A stretch of 64,000 bases of DNA from Octopus sinensis. Lineage: Eukaryota. The stretch is taken from NCBI RefSeq assembly GCF_006345805.1, contig NC_043001.1, forward strand, positions 99,386,001 to 99,450,000, given 5' to 3'. Below the pieces are notes generated by a model. That model was given only the letters and a program-made list of their open reading frames with translations. It searched no databases and was not told the origin of the DNA. Positions 39,991-51,210 of this stretch are shown one piece after another; within the stretch, counting starts at the first letter, position 1; each line of letters begins with the position of its first letter. The position numbers were made by a program, and so were the translations under genes.

Positions 39991-41897
39991 TTTTAACCCT
40001 TTAGAGTTTAAACCAGCCAAAACCCATTGTATCTAATTCCTCTATGAAATCTTTTAAAAAAATAAACAAACCACAGTGAATTCTCGTAGCTTTGAGATAA
40101 TGCAAGGGCTTTTCTTCCAGAAAGCACAGAACTGGGAAAAAGACAAAATTAACTGAGGTGGATGGCAACAGAGAAAATATTGACTTCCATAAAGTGGAAA
40201 AAATAAATTGAAGGAAAAAAGTTGGTAAATATTTCGGTGTGAATGCAAATAGCTGTTATATGGTAGCAGGGCATACTAGAAATAACATACAAATCTTTCT
40301 TTTTCTAGGAAAAGGAGCCATTTATGTGTGATTTCTATATCACATTTGTTGAAAGCATGCAAAATAACCTGGAAAAAAAAAAGATCCGTGAAACAAAACT
40401 TACTTGGTGGAAACCTTTGAGGTCCCCACTACCCCTCCCACCCTTCATTTCTGGAAAAAAGTGGCTTGTGGCAGGTTTGGAGGTGAAATATGTTGAATGC
40501 ACCCAAAACAAAACTGTGGAAAAAATTATTCTATGCCAAGGTATGAAATATTTACCAAAAGAATAAAATCTTGTACCGATTATACCTGCGTTCTAATTAA
40601 TTCAAATTAATGTACCTCACTTTGAAAAGTGACAAAATTTTTGCCGGTTGCCCTCTGGGATAATTTTAGTAAACAAATCAAACAGGTAAGATGCATTAAG
40701 AATTTCAATTTTAGTATTTCTCCATAATGTTATTGTTTTTACACCTATTAATTAAATTTACCTGCTCATAAAAGTCAAATTTACTCAGCAAGATCAGCTA
40801 AAATTACATAACAATAAACCAGTGGTATTTAAAGCACCCACTGACAAAATTTCAAATCTGTATGTAAAAAATTTGCAAAGTTACAAGCAAATATTGTGGA
40901 CACCACTTTTGAACCTGAATAATTCAAAATAACTTGTATCATATTTGACAAAATAACTTGTATCATATCTGACAGATTAATATGAACACTAAAGATGATT
41001 TTAGGTGGTTTTTTTTACTTACATACACATAACAGCCTCGTTCATTTGGGACTACACGTGTGTTACTTTGACATCATCATTCCATAAAATTTGTTTATCG
41101 GGAGAAAAATATTGAAAAATATTAATAAATGTGTGAATGAGAAAGAAACGAGGAGGGTGGTTTGGGGATGTGCTAGAAACAACAGCCAGATTTCCCTTAA
41201 ATCACACATTTTCCTCTGAAATTATTAACAATTTTTTTTTAAACCGAAAATATTTCTCTCACAGTTTTTCGTGCGTAGTGAAAAGAAATGGTCAAAATCG
41301 TTTAGGACTGAGGTAGTGAGAGTGAAAACATTTTTTTTTTTTAATTTTCACCTTTTTTTTTTTGTGAAAAGATGCTTCCCATCATTCTGAAGACTTTGGT
41401 GAAAAACATTGGAAAAATTTCCCCGTCAAAACGGAGAAATTCCAATTTCTGTGGGCCGTCTGATCTGAAATTCCTTTTTTCTAGAAACTCCTCCCCAACG
41501 CTCCCTTCCAAACATTTTGCCTACAAATCTCTTTGTAATCGTAATCTACACCGTTTCAAAGGTATTTGTATAAAATTTCATTAAACAATACCTATTTTCC
41601 AGAAAGTTATGACGGGTAAAATGTTGGGTCCTGTGAACTTTCCGAAACTCCTTTCTCCAACCCCTCAGTAAACTTTTTCCAACAAATCTTTACATACATT
41701 TAATCTAAAGGGTATAAGCGATTATTTGGTGAAAGTTTCGTTAAAAAGTATCCGTTTTCCTGGAAGTTAAGTGGCAACAAAGTCGGTGGAGCATTAAACT
41801 GTAGTTATGGCTTTTTCAATAAACGTTAACATAGCTAGAGTGTGTGCTGCCCGGGGGCCCTTGCCGTCCCCATCCATTAGCTGCGCTAGCATATATA

Positions 41898-42289
41898 TCT
41901 CTCTATGTATAAAGCTGAAGTTGTCTGTGTATGGCAGGTTTGGTAGCCTTCAACTAGCACTATCTCCTCTGAAACCCTGCAGCGCAAGTTGACCAAAATT
42001 GAGAGTATGATAGAAGAAGGCTTGCCCTTCCTTCCGTAGAAGAAAAAACTCAAATCGGACCATGTTAACACCAAACATTATTTACATCAAAAAGGTGCTT
42101 TTTTTCTATGAAAATCTCTACTTTTTACGATTTTTTGACTGCTGTGTCACCATTTTTCGGTGTATTTCAACCAGAAAAATGTTCACTTAAAGAGAATAAC
42201 AAGCTACATAATGCAAAATTTTTACTTTTCAAAAATTCCCATTCTAAAGGGTCGAAACAAACCCGAGTAACGCCGGGCGATACTACTAG
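41898..42289 (+). mobile_element. Non-autonomous Helitron-type element
   Basis: A|TC start, CCCGAGTAACGCCGGG subterminal hairpin 42262-42277, CTAG|T end. Confidence 0.6.
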
Positions 42290-42356
42290 TATGTATATAC
42301 CACTGGTATTTGAGTACTCTTTTTTCCACCTTGTTTCACATTTATGTGTTTACTCC

Positions 42357-42397
<41 letters not shown>

Positions 42398-42489
42398 TTT
42401 GATACTTTGATACTTTGATAGGTTTCGGCCATTATTGGCCCAGGCCATGTCTAACTTAATAGCACCACCTGGTAATATATATATATATG

Positions 42490-42572
<83 letters not shown>

Positions 42573-42578
42573 TGTATG

Positions 42579-42630
<52 letters not shown>

Positions 42631-43920
42631 TACATACATGTATGTATGTATGTATGTATGTATGTATGTATGTATAGAAGGTTGAAACATAAGCCGTCCT
42701 CAAAAACTTTTTCTGCTCTGTCCTGACAGTAAGTAGACCGTCTGCTTATTGTTTATTGCATATTATATTGTATTTCAAACCATCTAAGCGAATTTACTAC
42801 CAAGTTTCAATTACCGGTTGTAACTATTCTATTTTACCGTAACATCCCTTTTATCTTTTACATAAGCACGAACACCACACAATCTCGACCATTTCTCTTA
42901 ACTGTCCTTCCAACTTTTGCATCTCGTACCGTTTTTACTTCTTAGTCAGTTGGGCTATGGGGTTGTAATGTGCCCCAGTATAAACGCCAACTGGTGCACA
43001 GCCTATCTTGTAAGAGATCAAAATTCAAGTCAATCTCGGCATAAATAACACGAGGCACTTTTGTTGGAGGCACTACATTTGTTTGGCCATCCCTCCTTTA
43101 ATGCAAGACCGATGATGACTAATGATCTACACTGATTACTAGAATCATTCCATTCCTTTCCAACCCATTGATGTGTATGGTTGACTCATTGAACAAAAGC
43201 ATGACGAGTCATCCCAGCTTATTTCACTTAAATTAACACACTCATAGCATTCCTATAAGCTGGAGAAAAAAATTACTTCATGCACCAAAATTGCAATTTC
43301 TTCGGATGTATGTGTTTAAAGTGTCATAGATTATGATTCTGCAGTACACGCGCGCGTGAACTTATATATATGTATTATAAGTATATGTGTAAGACTTTAT
43401 GCATATGTGAATGTATGAGTGTATGTGTAAATTACTGGCACATTAACAGAGTTTTGGTTTGCTAGCATGCCTTATTCCAAAATATATCTATCGGTTTTTA
43501 GCCAACACTGTGTGATAGACACATGTAAACATCGTGATTACATGCCTTATTTTTGTGGACAGAAAAATACTAGCTATGATGCAAAAAGTATAGCACATGT
43601 ATGTATGTGTGTATTTGTGTGCATCCATAATAAAGAAACCTTGACAGAAAGAAAAATAATTAATCTTGCAAAATACCAATTGACTAAAAACAGACGACAT
43701 AATTTAAAGTTGTCTGTTAAATTGCAGATTGTTTATGTTAGTATTTAAAGGAAAAAAAGTCATCATATGTCAATGAGTAGTTCAAAAGAAATAAATCAAT
43801 AATAAATTTGAAAATTTTAAATACGAACGTTTTCGAGAATGTTATTGAATTGTTATTCACTCAGCGACTGCTTTTGTTTTTCCCTCCAAATCGTGATCGT
43901 CTGCTACTTTGAAAGTATAA

Positions 43921-44063
43921 ACTTACGAAGTTATCGCTCTTTCGACATAATGATAAACATATATAGAGGGCGCTCTCCGTTAATGCATTTTGAAAGTTTT
44001 GTGGGATTCGTTAGAAAATCTTGTAAAATGATCACTTACTATTGGTTCGCATCCCGCCAACGG
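43921..44063 (-). promoter_or_regulatory. DMC1: Candidate DMC1 promoter and non-coding first exon
   Basis: Locally CpG-enriched unique DNA; minus-strand GTAAGT donor at 43926-43921; CCAAT 44045-44041, TCCCGCC 44052-44058, YAACGG at 44058-44063 and 43982-43977. No transcript evidence available. Confidence 0.45.
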
Positions 44064-44329
44064 GGACGAAGTATATCTTTTGGTGGTAACACTTCATTCG
44101 AACTGTCATTACATAAAGAATAAATGGATGTTGTTAAATTTCTTCCAACCACTTTAAGTTTTTCTATTTTTCTTTAAAAGTATTTAAATTTAAAAACTAA
44201 ATTCGTTTTACTATGTTTTTGTTACACCATAAATATTCCACATTAAAACATAAATCCAAAATCGAAGAAAATATAATCATGAGCAAAAAAAGGGGGGGGG
44301 TGAAAAAACATCAATTCAATAAGTGCATT

Positions 44330-44610
44330 ATCTGGTCGCATACTATAAGCTTATTGAAGCAAGCCAACAAGCTCACCGCATTACTGAGGGCGATGGCGAG
44401 GCTAAAGCGTTGGAATAGCCAAGCACCCTCACAGACATCACTTGACCCCTTTGTAAAACCTGCTGCTAACGATGACAAGAACGTTGCAATCAGCAGCCCA
44501 AATCCTCCAAACATCTATAGGGGTGTATGTGTTGGCAAAAGGTTACCCACTTTAGTAGAGGTGTTCATAGCGAGATCCTGTGAATGAGGTTTTGAGAAGC
44601 ATGTGTAAAG
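44330..44610 (-). mobile_element. CRE-like non-LTR fragment, C-terminal RLE end (copy 2)
   Basis: MFGGFG...AWLFQRFSLAIALSNAVSLL resembles ETFGGWG...FLFQRLSVAIQRGNA. Confidence 0.7.
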
Positions 44611-44949
44611 GAATATCAGAAGGCATTTTTATACAAAACGTTTTAATTTATTAAAAGATAACAAGTCATATGAGCGTGGCTGTTGTATGTACATGAGCCA
44701 GAGAAAGTTTTATATCTTACATTTGAAATATGGATTCAGTTGGAAGTCATTATAAGCTAACAGAAAACTGAGCTAATGTAAATGAAAATATACTGTTCAT
44801 AATAAGGCAAAGTTGTGTGCTAATGGCATTCAGAAGTTCAAGGAGCAAAGTTGGCATGAATGAAATAGGCTGTTCATGATGTGATCAGAGTTAGTGGTGT
44901 GAAAAATGAAGAGGCTGTTCCAGTGTTGCTAGTGTGCTGTCTTTCTGCT

Positions 44950-46010
44950 AACTGGTTAAAACGCCTACTTCTCTTCTTGGGCAGAGAACTGCTTTTAGTA
45001 TTAATATTCACCCAGCCCTGATTGGCTGGAGTTTGCCATAGCACCACTATGCTACAAAATGATAATAAAAATAGCTTACCTGATATGCTACACATCTCAA
45101 ATGTCACAGGCTGGAAGAAATGGTTCACTGACAAGTCCCAATATTTTATGATTTTCTTCTGTTCAGCAACAGAAATAGTGATCTTCCTATTTACCACAGC
45201 ATTCTGGATGTGAAAGGGAGCAAAGGAGTCACTGAGTGTGGAACCCGAGATGAGGAACCTACTTCTTACCCTGGGACAAAGGATAAGGCCATCTGGTCTC
45301 TTATCACTTCTGGATAACCTCACAGGCCCTAGAACTGAGGGTATATTTACCTGAGCCAGGGTCTGCTTAATCATCAGGCTTAGCTTTGTGTGATGAGTGA
45401 AACAACCAGTATTTAGGTGGCAAGACAAACCATAAAGGCCTGTGGAGTCAAGGTGCCTACCACAGCAACACCTCAGTCCCCCACAGACGTCGGCTCCCAC
45501 TGTGAATGCAATGGAGATGCAGAACTTATCCAAACTGAGTAGACCACCAATGTTTGCCACAGGCAGGACATCAATCCAGTCCTCCTAGAATTTCACTTAT
45601 AGAAAGCAGATTAACCTTGAAAATTGATCAGATTGATCAAAGAGAGAGTTGAAGGTATCTGTTGAACATAGATTAGCCCATACTCACTGCTTCCATTTAA
45701 CCTCATCTGTATCAGGAGCTGACAAACCCAGCTCCCTCTATTGTAGCAGAGCTCATCCATCTCCCTGTTGTAAAGGAGATGTTGCTTACCAAAGGAGAGC
45801 AAGCATGGAGTGAAGAAAGAAAACAGGGAAGAGACAGAGATGAGCACTTATACAGACCTAAAGACCCAAACCATTTGGGCAAATCACCCTGGTCACAGGA
45901 CTCAGGAGAGAGACTGACATTGACCAAGCATCAGAGTTCTCTGATGATAAAGGTCAACAAAGCATTGGAGAGATAAGAATCTGCGAGGGACTCACTCTGA
46001 CAAAAGAGAG
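44950..46010 (-). mobile_element. CRE-like (restriction-like endonuclease) non-LTR retrotransposon fragment (copy 1)
   Basis: LPKWFGSLGL...LPCFLSS (post-RT), then CCCG..LDSTGLYGLSC (degenerate CCHC), KRPDG, AEQKKIIKY, QPVTFE (PD..D/E-K RLE domain). Confidence 0.82.
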
Positions 46011-48059
46011 GGAAAAAAAATAATGAATGCAATTTTCATCATCAGAAGGCCAAAACTACATCAGAGCTATATATTTATATTTTAATAACAGTTTGGCTCA
46101 GTTCCATATAGAGTTCCATGGGTTTTTGGAGGAGATGGGTGCATAGGACATGCCACAGAACTTTAAGTCATATGGGGTTAAGTCAAACTGTTATTGAAAA
46201 ATGTATATAGCTCCTATCAAATGTCCATTCATGTGTATGTATATATATTGATATATTATCCATTCACTTGTGTGTATATATATATGCCTATCAACATAAG
46301 TATCTTAGAAGCTAGCTAGTTTTAATTTAACTTTTAACTTTGTTTGAACTTTAATTTAACTTTTTACTTAATTTAATTTTTAACTTTTAATTCTTTAATT
46401 TGTATCCTTTATCCAGTTAATTGTAGTTTTATCCTATATATACCCCACTTGAGCTAGGCATCTATTTTTAGTGAGTGTAGGACAAAAGCCCCATAGTTAA
46501 AGTGTGAAAGTGGACAAAAGCCCCACAATTATATCTTTCGGTTTTTGTTTTTGGTTTTTTTCACTTTTACTTGTTTCAGTCATTAGACTGTGGCCATGCT
46601 GGGGCACCACCTTGAAGAATTTTTAATTAAACATATCAATGCTAGAATTTTTTTTTATTTTTACTTGTTGCAGAGAGAACCTGTCATGGGTTAAGCCAGC
46701 TCTGTTTGGGACCCCAATTTTCACACAGCAAACTACAAAGAACATAAAACAGTGACTATGCATCATTATCATCATCATGCAGAGAGTAGTCACACAGTTG
46801 TAGCTGAAGAATTTTGTAGGGATGTAAATGTGATGTTATGTATGTGAGGTTGTGTGTAAGTTTTGAGGATGTGAAAGATAATGTAGTTTAAATTGAAAAG
46901 AACTCAGATCCTTGTGTTACTCTATCCAGAAAAGTGGAAGTTCTAAATATTTTAGTATATGTATGGGTATGTAGAAAAAAAAAGTGCTTGCGGAATGTTA
47001 ATTTCCATGTCTCACAGTACATTGATATACACGTATTTTCTAAACAAACCATCAAAATTTTAATATAAATAATATCAAGCATTAATAGCATCAATCTGAG
47101 ATAGGAAAAAAGAGTAATGAACTCACTGACAGTACTCAAACAATGTTTATGTTACTCTGCCATTGAAAGATATGTGAATTTGTCTCACATTGATGTTCAT
47201 AATGTCAAATATCATACACATCTTTTTTTCATACCTTTCATTCTATTAACATTATTACAGACAATCAGCAACCTATCTATTCTTGTGGTGATACTTAGGT
47301 GATAATGATAATAATATGCAATTCACTTAACTAGACTAGAACCCGATCCAAATGAGTGGTGGTGTTAAATCATCATCATTGTTTAACATCCATTTCCCAT
47401 GCTGGCATAGGTTGGACAGTGTGACAGAAGCTGGTAAGCCAGAGAACTTCACCAGGCTCCATTGTCTGTTATGGCATGGTTTTTAAGACTGGAGCCCTTC
47501 CTAATGCCAACCACTTAACAGAGTGTACTGGGTGCTTTTTATGTGGCCCCATCACCAAGTAACTTGCAAGACAAAGACCCCTTAGCTGGCAGAGGGAGGA
47601 TAAAGAGAGGTGTCTTACTATAGAGGAGATACTAAGCTATCCCAGTAGGAAAAGAAAGGAGAGATAGTCAGAGAGAAAAATAGCAAGACAAAGTGAGAAA
47701 GAGAGAGAAATAGATGGTGTTGGAGATGCATCAGGACATATCCATAAGGTAGAGGGAACATAAGGGGTACAGAGGGGACAGGGGATGTTTCATAAGAGTG
47801 TGACAAGAGATGTTTAAAGATAGCAAAAAGGTGATTGTAGCAATTGATGGTGAGAGAAATTAGAGACTATGTAGATATGTGAGGGTATAGAGAGTGTGCA
47901 GATAGGCATCTGAGGCAACGTCAAGGGTCCTGCAACAGGTGGTAATCATGGATGGGGGGGAAGTGGGATGCTGGGAAGAATTGTTGCAAGGGAATTTTGA
48001 CAAAGGACAACTTGAGTGTGTATGGAAGGGGACGTGGCTATAAAGGACATTGTCTTTAT

Positions 48060-48335
48060 GTATGGCTATGATTTTATTTAGCTTGATGTGTCTTAAGCAC
48101 AGCAAATTGTAAGAAGTCTTGGTCCCTTGTCATGTTTCTGAGTTTCAATATCTGAAGATCATTTTTCACCACTTTGTCCCACACCTTGGGTCTATCTCTT
48201 CCACAGGTTCTCTCCTCAATTAGAGATTGGCACATTTTTATCTAGCTGATCTCATCCATATGTATCACATGACCATACCAGTGCAGTCTTCTCTCTTGCA
48301 TATTACATCTGATGCCTCTTAAACCCAATAGGTCA
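48060..48335 (-). mobile_element. RTE-X-like LINE C-terminal remnant
   Basis: Frameshifted RRL.WYGHV..MDE...TCGR.RP..WD.VVKND; related copy on + at ~54730-54970. Confidence 0.6.
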
Positions 48336-49527
48336 ACAAATTTAATCAATCACTGGCAAAAATGTAACACAGTTTATATATATATATATAGAATATGAGG
48401 GGTTTAGTTCACTGGTAATCTAAACGTATATGTATGCCGAGTAAGTGCTACAATTGGTCATCTGTTAGGTTCCAATTTCACAGCTGAGGCTGGAGCTAGG
48501 GATCCATATTAGACTTCTGTGTTAACAGGTATATATTAGAGGAAAAGGATAACAAAAACCAAGACAGGATGAGTATTTCAAATCATTTATAATAATTTAA
48601 TTAGGGTAGCTGTTTCTGGAATATACCAAGTGAGAGGCTAGCATGTCCATACACTGGATATTCCATCATCAGAGACAAGGTGAGTATGCATGAAAGTTCT
48701 AGACAGGAAAATTCAAGGTTTATAAGAAATAAAATAGAAGAATAAAGAGTAAAAGTAGACAGAAGAATAAAGTTCATATTTCATCTTTTTCTAGAGGGTA
48801 TGGAGGTTGGTCTGTACTTCTGTGAAGGTATAGGTCCTTAAGTATAATCCCAGGTAAATCCAGGCAGTATTTTGAATGATGCATTCATGTTAAAATAATG
48901 GATTAAGTGGTTAGTTAGTATGTAAATGGATCATGAGTATATGCAGTGAGAAAGATAGACAGGAGTGGGTTGTGAGTGAGTGGATAGAAGAGAGGAGAGA
49001 AAGAGAAAAGATAGGAATGGGAAAAATCCAAAATAAGAAATAAAACTAAAAAGAATGAAGATAGAGATAAGATGCCAGTATTATTCTTTGTAAAGGGTGA
49101 GAGGTCAGGGTAAAGGTTTTGGGAGCGTGGAGGAGGAAAGTATTTATTTATTAATTAAATAGATGAAATCTAGGTTAGATGTGATCACTAGTCAGTAGGG
49201 ATAGTTAGAAATGGGATCTGGACAAAAGCCCCTTTGTTCAAACAATTTTTTCACAACAAAACAAAAGTACTGAAATTAAGGACCATATGGATGTGCAAGT
49301 ATGCAGATTGTTACTGTAGCAAACTTCAACGCTCCCAGTCATTGTCCCTACAGCAGGGGTGCACAGTCAGCAGGCCCTAAACCAGTACCTAGCTATAGAT
49401 GATTTGGTACCAGGCCGCACAAGGTGTTTCTACCTTATACAGTAAATGTATAATATATGTAATAATTAAAATATGTATAATGCACTTCGTTATATTTTGT
49501 TATGTGCCTGATCTTGGGGACCGTTAA

Positions 49528-49737
49528 CCCTTTTGTTACTGTATTTATTTTGTGATGCCCTGTGTTTCTTTCAATTAATTTTAAATAAAACAAAGAATTT
49601 AGTAAAATAGCTTAGTTATCATTAAGCTAATGCTAGGAACATAAATTGTGACTAAGGTTTGGTGGAAGATTTTAATTCAAAACTTATGAAAACAAGACAT
49701 TTGTACTCAGAGCCAGAGCCGGGTTGGTAATGAAAGA
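49528..49737 (+). mobile_element. piggyBac-derived MITE (same end family as 17034-18084)
   Basis: TTAA|CCCTTTTGTTAC start; inverted-orientation copy at 59656-59873. Confidence 0.75.
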
Positions 49738-50160
49738 CTAACTGGGGCTATACATTTCTTGATAGTTTTATGCACTGCAAAATCTCGAAAGATGTTGTCG
49801 GACATCAGCACATTAGGCCACTAACATTATTCCACATATCAACAGCTATTTGCAGTTGTATAATGTTAGCGATTGGGTCGGACATACACGACGAAATGTT
49901 TTGACACTTGACAGTATACAATACTTTCACTAAATAAAGCAAACGTAAAAATATTGGCTTATTTGTGTTTTAAAGGACTATCATGGAACTTCCAGCTCAT
50001 GTTTATATTTCCTACTGTCAGAAGTAAAGACAACAAAACTAGTTGCTTTAATTCTCATCTCAAGATACAAAGACTCCAAGGCTTCAAAGACGAAATATAT
50101 ATGAATATAATTCCATATATTTATTTATTCAGAACACAAGGTGGCGATCTTTCGTCTCTA

Positions 50161-50457
50161 GTAGACCTTTCCGTCGATTTCCGTAAAAAACTTCTTTTTT
50201 TTTACTTATGGTCTTGAGGGAACTTTTGAAGTAATGAGAGCGAAAGAGACTAAGAGAAAGCGATTGTATGACGAGGGAAGTTCTTTTGAAGTTACCGTGC
50301 ATGGAAAGCATTGATGTACATGTGTGTGTTTGATGGGGTGTGGGAGACAGACAATCGCTTTCTCTTAGTCCCTTTCGCTCTCATTACTTCAAAAGTTCCC
50401 GCAAGCCCATATGTAAAAAAAATGAAGTTTTTTACGGAAATCGACGGAAAGGTCTAC
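50161..50457. repeat. Inverted repeat / MITE-like element, 107-bp arms, 83-bp spacer
   Basis: 50161-50267 vs 50351-50457, 102/107 identical by hand alignment. Confidence 0.93.
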
Positions 50458-51010
50458 AAGGTATATACAGGGAAGTTCCCGGCTATAGAAAATGTATGTT
50501 GTGAGAAGAGGGATCGAAGCACGTCATATTCCATTTTCCCCACAACATATAAACTTTACCAATTTCACAGATTTCACTGTATAATTTTTTACCAATGCAG
50601 AGTACCACCGGTTTCCTCAATCTACTCCTATAATTCATTCAAGAAAGTATTTGCTGAGACTTGTGACGGTCTGCGTCGGTAAAAATTATGATATGAAATT
50701 CATGAGTCTGGACAAATTCGTATATAGGGAGAAAATGAATCAAACATTTTGTAGCTCTGCCTTCGTCCGAAAGAAAGAAAAATGCTTTTTTCAATCCTAC
50801 TGAAGCATTTTTGTTGAAGGAAGCGTGTTTGTAGGCGCTCGACCAACAAAAAGTTTCCCTCATATCCATATCCTACTGATTACATTGGATAATGTAAACC
50901 TATATGTATTATATCTAAAAAAAAAAAAAAATCATGATGGTTAGGTCTGGGATGTTTTTGATCACAGATCCGATTGATCAGGGATGCCCTGGGGCTAAAT
51001 AATAAATAAA

Positions 51011-51207
51011 CGTTTCCCGGACTTCTGTATCTTTAACTCTGTCACCCAGAAGCTTATCTCCCTTGAAAATCATAGGTGGCACAACGTGTTTAGTTTTTAA
51101 GGCAACGTTTATAAACGGAAGTCAAAACGTGAAATTATCCGAACTTATTGGAAGAAAGTTTTGTACAGTACTTTATAGAATTCTGTTGTTTCTCGGGAGG
51201 AACAATC
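51011..51207 (+). promoter_or_regulatory. SNU13: SNU13 promoter / 5' UTR with ETS-type motif
   Basis: CGGAAGT at 51116-51122 in CpG-enriched DNA just upstream of the ATG exon. Confidence 0.5.
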
Positions 51208-51210
51208 ATG
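51208..51210 (+). CDS. SNU13: SNU13 start-codon-only coding exon
   Basis: aacaatcATG|gtaaga, downstream of a CpG-enriched promoter-like segment; phase 0 fits exon 2. Confidence 0.8.

Noticed and set aside
40072-40078. CACAGTG (RSS heptamer / Transib-like end)
   Set aside because: No matching inverted end, nonamer or transposase found.
42700-42740. Plus-strand GTAAGT in mildly CpG-rich DNA (possible antisense transcript)
   Set aside because: A single motif with no supporting exon or promoter evidence.
44213-44587. 124-aa plus-strand ORF
   Set aside because: Antisense of a CRE-like fragment; no recognisable domain.
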